Shown here: piece after piece, positions 49,801 to 58,800 of the stretch | How positions within the stretch are numbered: position 1 is the stretch's first letter | How the letters are laid out: the number at the start of each line of letters is the position of its first letter | Notes under the pieces: model-generated | Database searches by the model: none | Seen by the model: the letters and a program-made list of their open reading frames with translations, nothing else | Told to the model about the DNA's origin: nothing | Made by a program: the position numbers and the translations under genes | Assembly (NCBI RefSeq): GCF_001447785.1 | Contig: NW_015159759.1 | Location: 68,112 to 132,111, forward strand | Reading direction: 5' to 3' | DNA: 64,000 nucleotides | DNA from: Gekko japonicus | Lineage: Eukaryota

Positions 49801-52800
49801 GAACAGAAAGAAAAATCCTAAAAAAAGAGATCTCTGAGCTACACACGAAATGTGCTGCTCTAGAACAGGATAAATATGACGCTGTAATTAAGGTCCGTGA
49901 AAGCATGCAGCTCTTAGAAGAAGCCAATTTGCAAAAGAGCCAGGTAAACAAATCACTAAGGCTATGATTTTCAGATCTCTGAGTATCATAACATTTTACA
50001 TTTGGGACCACTATTATTAAATCCTAACCTGGATAGCCCAGACTAGCCTGATCTCATCAGATCTGGGAAGCTAAGCAGTGTCAGCCCTGGCCAAGTATTT
50101 AGATGGGAGACTACCAAAGGAATAGGGTCGAGATGCAAAGGCAGGTAGTGGTAAACCACCTCTGAACATCTCTTGCCTTGATAACCCTACGGGGTTGCCG
50201 TGAGTTGGCTGTGACTTGACAGCAAAAAAAAAAAAAAAGCACAACTGTTATTAAACCCTATAATAAATAAAACAAACATTTTGCTGATTTGCAAGTTCAT
50301 GCTTTCTAGATTGCAAACAAGTTGTTTCTTGTTTTATGCGTTCATTGCTGAGCATTCCTTATAACTTCTGAAATATGGTCATGCAGTTTTTGGAAATGAG
50401 GAATCTACTCATTGTAGTTCATATTTCCAGAAAAGATTGAACTATCCTAATGGCTGAATGATCCTAAATAAAATAAAGAATATGTCAAAAGTTATTTTTT
50501 CAACAAAATGTTTTTATAGATTTACTTGTAATATTTCATAAAACCTTCCATTTTCCTTTAGAGAATTTATTGTAAAGAGAGAATAATCACTTATTGGGTT
50601 GAACGCCTTTCTGCTAACGGTAGAACTTTGCTCTGGTGCAAGACACTTCAGAGGAAGGGGCCACTGTTAGCAAAACAAATCTGTAGGATCCAGCCCATTA
50701 TCAAACATCTTTAAAACCTGGATCATAGGGCATATTTTTTGCCATCATTTCCCCCCCCCCAATAAAACACTAGTTTTTGTTGAAAGCAGAAGGAGGTTAG
50801 CAGTAAGGGAGTTCTGTGCAGCACGTAGCCAGCATGCAGGGAGGAAGGGAGTGGCAAAAGATTGGATCATCCCATGTATTATTATATCTGTGTCCTTTGT
50901 ATGTTCTATCCATGAGATGTGGGGCATTGTTAAGACTGGGTCACTCAGCTGTGAGAGAATCGCAAATATCTTCACAATAGATCAAGATGGGTAGCTGTGT
51001 TAGTCTATAGCAGTAGAAAAGAGCAAAAGTCCAGTAGCTTCTTCAGATAAGTGAGCAGTGACTCACAAAAGCTTATACCCTGCCACATTTTTTTTTTTGT
51101 CTTTAAAGTGCTACTGGACTCTTGCTCTTTTCTGCCTTCACAATACTACTAAAAATCTCTCAAGAAAGCCAGAAAATTGAAAAGTGAGGTAGAGAGATTA
51201 TATCTGCAAATTGCATATGTTGCTTCTAGGAAGAGGGCAAATGGTTCGACATACTTTCTGATCTAAAGCCCACACAATTTATGTGCCCAAAAGCACACAA
51301 TCAGAATATGTGCTGAAATCCCTCTTGGGATTTATTCTATAGTGTTCTACCGCTAAGTCATCTTATGACAAAGAAAATGTATATCAACCATTAACTTAGG
51401 CTGGTTCAGATCTGGAAGAGTGGTCTAGATGAATAAGTGTGGAAAATCACAAAAGTAACTGAATGTGTTTGTGGAAGAGTGGTATTTATGGAGCCATTTA
51501 GGAAGCTGTCATTTTATTTACTGTTTACTAGTTTCTACCTGGCATTGTATTCTGGCTTGTTTTTCACAGGAAGATATTTTTAATGGAATGCCACTTTTAT
51601 TTTATGGTAGGCAATGGTAGCTGAGAAACAAAAAGAAGAGGAAATTGCCAATATGAAGGAAGCAGTTTCTCAACTATGGCAAGATGCTGCTTCAAGAACT
51701 AGAAAGGAAGTGAGTCATCATACTTAGAGTTTACCATCATTTCTTTCTCTTCTAGATTTGGTGGCATTAATAGTATGAATATAACTTTTGAAAGTGATTT
51801 CAGTCAGTGTACGTTTCCATCTGAAAGACTGACGTTAGAACAGTTTAAATACCTTTATTTATTGGTTAAAACTGCATAGGAAAGTTTACGGCTCCCACTA
51901 AACAATGCATTCTGCTCACTTGTATGAACCTAATTCTATTTAATTCTAGTAATACAAATAAATCACATTGGACTGTATTGCAAATGAGGCCATAATAGTA
52001 GTTGGTGAGTGTTGTGGAATGAGCATATGCACAGCTGGATTAGCAAAACATGCTAAATTAATATTTATGATTTATTAATGTTAACAAAGATGTATATCTG
52101 CCTTCCCATCTTAAAAGATTATGGAATAGTGCATTTTTAATAAAAAGATGGAATTCTAACAGCGTTAACAGGAAAAAAGTAAAATAATGCTATTTCCATT
52201 TTCTTTCTTGTTTTTCCTGTTGCCTTTTACACTTCAGAAAAGTCCCTAGAGATAGTAGGACATATTGTACAGAAATAAAGGATATATAGCTCAGCAGCAC
52301 ATGGATCAATGCTAGTGATGCAGGGTGGAAAATTTCCGGCTATATTTTTCTGTAGAAAGATTTCCACCTCACATATGAAGCATGGACAAATCTCAGAGCT
52401 TGTACATGGTGCAGTTGCCTTCTTCTGCTAACATGGCTTATATTTTGCTAACATTATTTAAATATTTAGAGTATTTATTTACATTTAAATCAGAAATTTT
52501 TCCAATTCACATTTTCTAGAAAAACCTACATCACTGATGAAAGCTAATTTTACTACTAGTTTATCATCGATCTTCTGTGCAGTCCCACATGAGCAGGCCT
52601 GCCATCGGATAGGTCTTTACAGCTAAGAGCCTCCAAGGGGTGCTGTGCGCCAAAGTTAGGAACTTGTTCCTACCCAGGTACCATGTGCTCCTGCACAGCA
52701 GCATCCCTCCTTCCCTCAGTATCTCTTTTGCCGCCAATAGAGAAGGTCATGTTTTTGGAGCCTCCAGCTACAGTTGAGAGGATTCTTCTTCCAGATTTGT

Positions 52801-55800
52801 TGAAGCTACATCAGCTTTTGAGTCTCTTCCATGGCTTAGAAGGCCCTTTTCAAGAAGCACTCCCGATGTGGGGCAAAAATGACCCAAACTGCTGAACACG
52901 ATCTTTGTCTGTTCTGTTTGGGTGAAGAGCATAGTGTCTTCACATGTAAGGCCTGCCAACACTTTACCCCTAAAGCTCAGGGGGATAGAGTGTTGAAACT
53001 TAAGGCAGTGTTGTAGGAGAAAGCCCTTAAAGTCTCAGAGCCCTTGTCCAAGTTGGCCCCGGAGAAAGTTCCCAGTTCCACATCTTTGGAATCAACGTGT
53101 TCATCTCCACCTCCTGGATCTGTCTCTCAATGGATCCAATCTGGGTCATGCTCTTCTCAGGCTCATTGCACCTCTTCTGAGCCTCCAACTAAGAAGGCTA
53201 GCGGCAAGACAAAGGAAAAGTATAAACCGGCTCCTCAGCAGAACATTCCTGTGTATTCCTGAGCCTACGCCAACCTTGCAGGAGAAGCCCATGACTCCGA
53301 TGGGGAGGGGAATACTGGCTTACCACATGGCCAGGTTCCACGTGAGTCCAATCTGGAGCAAATGGACTCCACGTGGACCACATGGCCAGGTTCTGTTGTC
53401 TCAGCTCCAACTACCTATGTGGTAGCAGTCACATCCCTGTGTGATATCTCCAGGATATATGGAGGAATGGGGTGACATCTTTGCAAGCCCCAGGGATGCG
53501 AGTTTGTATCATTACCCTCATTCGGTGTTGTCGTATCCGCCTTCAGTGACAATCATGCACAGGCAGCGTTCTATTCCTGCAGTGAGAGGAGAAGAAACTG
53601 CGATTGAATCCAATAGATCTGACACAACATTGGATCCAAGCTCAGATGAGAAGGTAGGCAAGCCATCTCCAGCATCTCCCATGGAGGATCTCTGAATGTT
53701 TGGAGACAAGATGATTCGTATGTCCGAGTTTCTCGAGATAGTAGTCATTACCTCGGAGCACAAGCCAAAGATAAGATACTGAGTCACCTCTATTCAGAGT
53801 CTCCTGGGATTTTTGCTTTCCCAGTGTTGGAGGGCCTTGAGGACCTCACACAGGAACTTTGGCAAAAACCTGTGTCTCTCCAGCGTACCCCCAGAAGGGT
53901 AGAGCATTTTATAAGATCAAGGAGCCATTTAACTATTTGACAATTCATCCTCCGCCATTCTCCTTGGTTACGGAAAAGATGCAGCCAAAGAGTCATCAGG
54001 CCTACCACTCTGCTCCCATAGATAGGGAAGGGAGAAGACTGGATATTCTGGGTCAAAAATTATATTCTTCAGTAGTATTAGGTTTCAAAATTGCTAACTA
54101 TGAAGCCATCATGGCTGGTTATCAGCTCTTCTTGTGGGAGAGGGTTCTTCTGTTCCTTGAACTCCTGCCAGAAGATAATCATCCCCTTGCTAAAGTTCTG
54201 CATATGGAGACTATTAAACTTTCGAAGCAGCAAATTAATATGGGATGACATCCTGCGGATTAGGCTGGGCAGGCCATGACGAGCTCTGCACTTAGCTAAG
54301 ATCAATTACCTTGCCTATGGAAACCAGGCTTAAAGTTGAGAACCTCCTTTTCGAAGGTTCCACTCTCATCTCTTGCAAGACGGACAAGATGCTTTCCCTG
54401 ATAAAGAAGAACAAGCAGACAGCTAAGTCCCTAGACGTCTCACAACTGTCCGTGTCCCAATTTAAGCAGAGGTCCTTTGTGAGACAGCCCTGGCATCCTT
54501 ATCAAAGAGACTACCACTTTTCTGGCCCCTCAGGGTCTCAGTATCCTGCCTCAAAGCCATTTACCTCACAACAGGGTTACCATAGGCATAAGAGTTCCAA
54601 TCAACCTAGGTCGAATCCGCAGCCATCCTCTACCAGAGAGGCAACTTCATCCCAGAAGTCATCTTTCTGACTAGGATCATTGTCAACCCCTGTTAAGTCT
54701 GGGGACAGGCTAGCTCAGTTTGCTGCCGCCTGTGAGGCTATTACCTCTGACAAGTAGGTTTTGTCCACAGTTAGATTTGGTTACAGATTAGAATTTAAGT
54801 CTATTTCCCCCGCTCTTTACCTTTAAGGAGATCCAGCCAAGCAGCTTTGGTCTTGGCCAGGCTTTGGCCTCCCTAATTGATAATGGCACCATAGAGGAGG
54901 TTACAGAATCTCAGGCATTTGAGGGTTTCTTCTCTCGTATGTTCCTAATAAATAAGAAAGATGGGGGAGTTAGACCTATTTTCGACCTCAGAAAATTAAA
55001 CATTTTTCTTCACATTTCTATGTTCTGTATGGTGTCCATTCCTTCGATTTCACAATTATTAAAATTTTATTGTTGGTTCATCATTATTGATTTGAAGGAT
55101 ACCTACTTATATATTTCAGTCCACCCTCAACATTGCAAGTTCTTATGTTTTTCATGTGGGGAATGAGTTTTTCAGTACACTGTCCTACCCTTTGGTCTAG
55201 CCGTTGCACCCAGGGTATTCTCAAAGTGTTTAGCTCCGGTTGTTGCTTACCTCCATATGCAGAGTTGCCATATATTCCCTTTCTTAGATGATTGGTTATT
55301 GGTGCTGGATTCCAGTGACCAATTGTTAAATCAGTGCACTCTTGTCCTGGAGACATGTCAAGGATTAATTGGAATAACTTGGAATAATCCAAGTAACTTG
55401 GAATTCCAAGTAACTTGGAATAAATCACGATTAGTTCCAGCTCAGAGGGTACAATTTATCAGCGCTATGCTAGATTCCCTACTGGGAAAGGGTTTTCTAC
55501 CTCCTGAAAGGGTACAGGCTATCTTTGCCTTGGTGAACAAGTCAGATCTTACCGGTTCCATTTGGTTCAGAAAGTTCTGCGCCTTTTGGGATAAAAGGTG
55601 TCTTATCACCACAGTCTTGCCTGTGGCTAGGTTACATATGTGACCCCTGCAGCTCTTGTTTCTAGTTATAGAGCTGGAGTTCATGCTTTATGGCACAGAT
55701 TCTCTATTTCCAGACTGTCATATGTTCTTTATTGTGGTGGTCTGCTGTGGATAATTTATCCCGAGGGATTTTCTTTAGAGATTTTGAGCATGAGGTAGTC

Positions 55801-58800
55801 CTTACCACAGACACTTCACTTTTGGGTTGGGGTGCCCACAGTGTGATTGTCGGCTAGGGGTACTTGGCTAGAAAATGAGAAACTGCTGCACATTAACATT
55901 TTAGATTTTTTTGCTGTTTTATATGCCCTTAGTTCTTTTGCAGATATCCTTACAAACTGATCCATTTTTGTCCAGCCGGACAGTACAGTTATGATGTTTC
56001 ATTTGAACAAGCAAGGGGATCCAGAAGTCTATGTCAGGGTCCAGAGGTCTATGTCGGGAAGCTACCCTCGCATAGGACATGGCAGTGAAGCTCAGTGCTT
56101 CGATTCAAGCTATCCACATCCCTAGGAGTTTAAACACGGAAGCCGACAGATTGAGCAGAGCCGGCACTCTCTCCCACAAGTGGTCCATAAAGACCACTTA
56201 CTTAGAATTGCTTTTTACTCTCTGGGGGTTCCAGACGTCGATCTGTTTGTGACAAGAGAAAACAAGAAGGCTATAAGGTTCTGTTCCCGAACAAGAGTAG
56301 GAATTGGCTCTGAGGGAATGCGTTTCAGCTGAGTTGGCAGTGAGCCCTGTTTTGCACATTCCCTCCATTACCGCTTCATAATAGGGTAATAGAGAAAGCC
56401 AGGAGGGAGAGATCGAACATGAACCTGGTAGCTCCCTTTTGGCTTTGTCAAATATGGTTTTTGGCCCTTAGGGAGATCTCCCGGGGCCAGTTCCTTCTCC
56501 TACCAAATTGACCAGATTTAATCAGCATCAACTGGGCTTCATCAAAAATTGAACTGCCTCTTCCTAATGGCTTGGAGGCTTCAGACAGAGACCTATTTTT
56601 TTTTTTCCTAAAGAGGTTAATTAGCGTTCTCCTGCACTCACACAAGCGTAACACTAGGAAATCCTATATATATAAGTGGAGGCAATTTTCCCTGTGGTGC
56701 AGAGAAGAACGTATCGCCAGGTGGTGCCCATTGCACGTTATATTTGATTATTTATTACACCTGAAAACTAAGGGCCTGGCATTTTCTTCTTTAAAGGTTC
56801 ATCTGGCTGCTATCTCTTGCTACCACAAAGGAATTGAGGGAGGATATGTTTTCTCCCATCATTTATCTAAGAGGCTTCTCAAGGGGTTAGGTAATCTCTG
56901 CCCATCCCGGGATCATTTGGTGCCCTATCTGTTGTTCTAGCACAGTTAATGCTCAAACCTTTTGAACCTCTTGCTATCTATTCTTTGGCAGAGCTTTCTA
57001 TGAAGTTGTGTTTCATAATAGCTGTTACTTCAGCCAGGAAGGTGAGTGAGCTAGCAGCTCTTCAGGTAAATCCTCCATTTTTGAAATTACTTCCTGAAAG
57101 GGTAATCCTTCATCCTAGTCTTAGGTTTCTTCCTAAGGTAGTTTCTAGGTTCCATTTATCCCAAGATATTGTTTTACTCGTATTTTTTCCTGCACCGAGC
57201 TCTGAGAATGAGTGCTTGTTGCATTCTTTAGATGTTAGTAGGACATTATTATTTTACCTCAGCTGAACCCTGGATTTTTACAGGGATAGAGCCCTGTTGT
57301 TGCTGTTTTTTTAGTGGCCTTAAGAGAGGTAGGAGAGCGTCATCTCAGTCCCTGTCCCGATGGATTGTCAGGGCCATTAGGAAGTGTTATGATAGGGCCA
57401 GATTACCATGGCCGTTGAACATTCATGCCCATTCCACTTGGGCAATGGCTTCTTCCGCAGCTTTCCTGGATGGAGTGCCTTTGACGGAGATCTGCAGAGC
57501 TGTTGTTTGTCAGCAGTCACTATGCTTTGGATCTGCAGGCAAGACATGAGGCTCAAGTAAGCAAGGCAGTTCTTAATTTGCTGTTCAAGTGAGAAGAACA
57601 TACCCCACCACCTGGTGAGTAGCTTGCTAGAATCCTCATGTGGGACTGCACAGAAGATTGATGATGAAAACGAAGGTGCACTTACCTGTAACTATTGTTC
57701 ATCTAGTATCTTCTGTTCAGGCACACGTACCCTCCCTCTTGGCCCACTGCATCAGCAGCACTAGTAGTAAGGGTGGGGGGATGCTGCTGTGCTTCTGGCT
57801 TCGGCTTCTGGCTTCGGCGCACAGCACTCCCTGGAAGTTTTTAGCTGTAAAGATCTATCTGATGGCAGGCCTGCTTATACGCAGTCCCCATGTGTGCCTG
57901 TGCAGAAGATGCTCAATGAACAATAGTTACAGGTAAGAGCAGCTTCATTTTTCATCACTCTGATTTCCTTTCTTCTCTAATTCAGTTTATCCTGTTTTAT
58001 GGTAGGCCTAGTAAGGTGTATCATGGGAAAACTATTCACCATATAACAAATAATATATGTCATTTAATGTAAAATTTCAGGTAGAAAATGAAAGGAAAAG
58101 ATGTAATATACAAATTTCTCGATTAACAGAAGAACTGACAGCACTTCAAATGGTACGTTTGCTTGTTGTATAAGTTTCATCTGTGGGGGGGGGGATAAAT
58201 CTTTTCCCCTTATGTGGACTCATAATTGGAAGAGGCAAAGTTTAAAATGCCCGATTCAGCCAGACTTCAGTGCTTCTGTGTCCTCTGGGCTTCCAGTGAG
58301 AAAGTTCAGTATTTCCAGTCTGTGGGCCATTGTTTTGTTTTTCACATTTGTTGGCATATTCTTGTTAAGATTTTAATGGATTCCATCAAAGGAGGAGGCA
58401 TGGCTCAGTGGTAGAGCATCTGGTTTGCATGCAGAAGGTCCCAGGTTCAAACCCCAGCATCTCCAGTTTAAAAGGATCAGGCAGTGGGTGATGGGAAAAG
58501 ACCTCTGCCTGAGAGCCTGGAGAGCTGTTGTCAGTTTGAGTAGACAATACTGGCCTTCATGGACTGATGGTCTGATTCAGTAAAGGCAGTTTCATATGTT
58601 CATATCTGGCTTGAAATAGCTCTGTTGATATCCCGACTTCTAGTGAGTTGTTTCTCCCAATTGCTTTGAGTGCAGCTTTCACTTCTCTTTCTGGTTCTTC
58701 AAAAGACTCTTCTTTGAAGGAATATGTCACCCTTTCATCTCTTCTGTATAGTTCTTAAGGGTATGGTTCCCATCTTTTCTTGATAAAGAGTGCTTGTTAA

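Larger units (their letters stand above)
52560..57952 (+). mobile_element. Full-length, decayed DIRS1-type tyrosine-recombinase retrotransposon in SCLT1 intron 13
   Basis: Inverted termini (52560-~52720 vs ~57770-57952); ICR 57637-57727 complementary to both ends; gag Zn finger CLFCLGEEH....CKAC; RT (GVRPIFDLR, IDLKD.Y, LPFGL..APRVFSK, FLDDWL); RNase H (TTDTS..GWG, HINIL, HIP...N.EADRLSR); YR (TSARKVSEL, HSLDV.R, AHST, HY); no TSD. Confidence 0.93.

Noticed and set aside
50040-50125. 5S rRNA gene
   Set aside because: Partial and diverged, fused to a SINE tail with poly(A) and TSD
58393-58465. tRNA-Ala gene (also 21663 and 47662)
   Set aside because: Stems are imperfect and each head runs into the same SINE body and CR1-like tail
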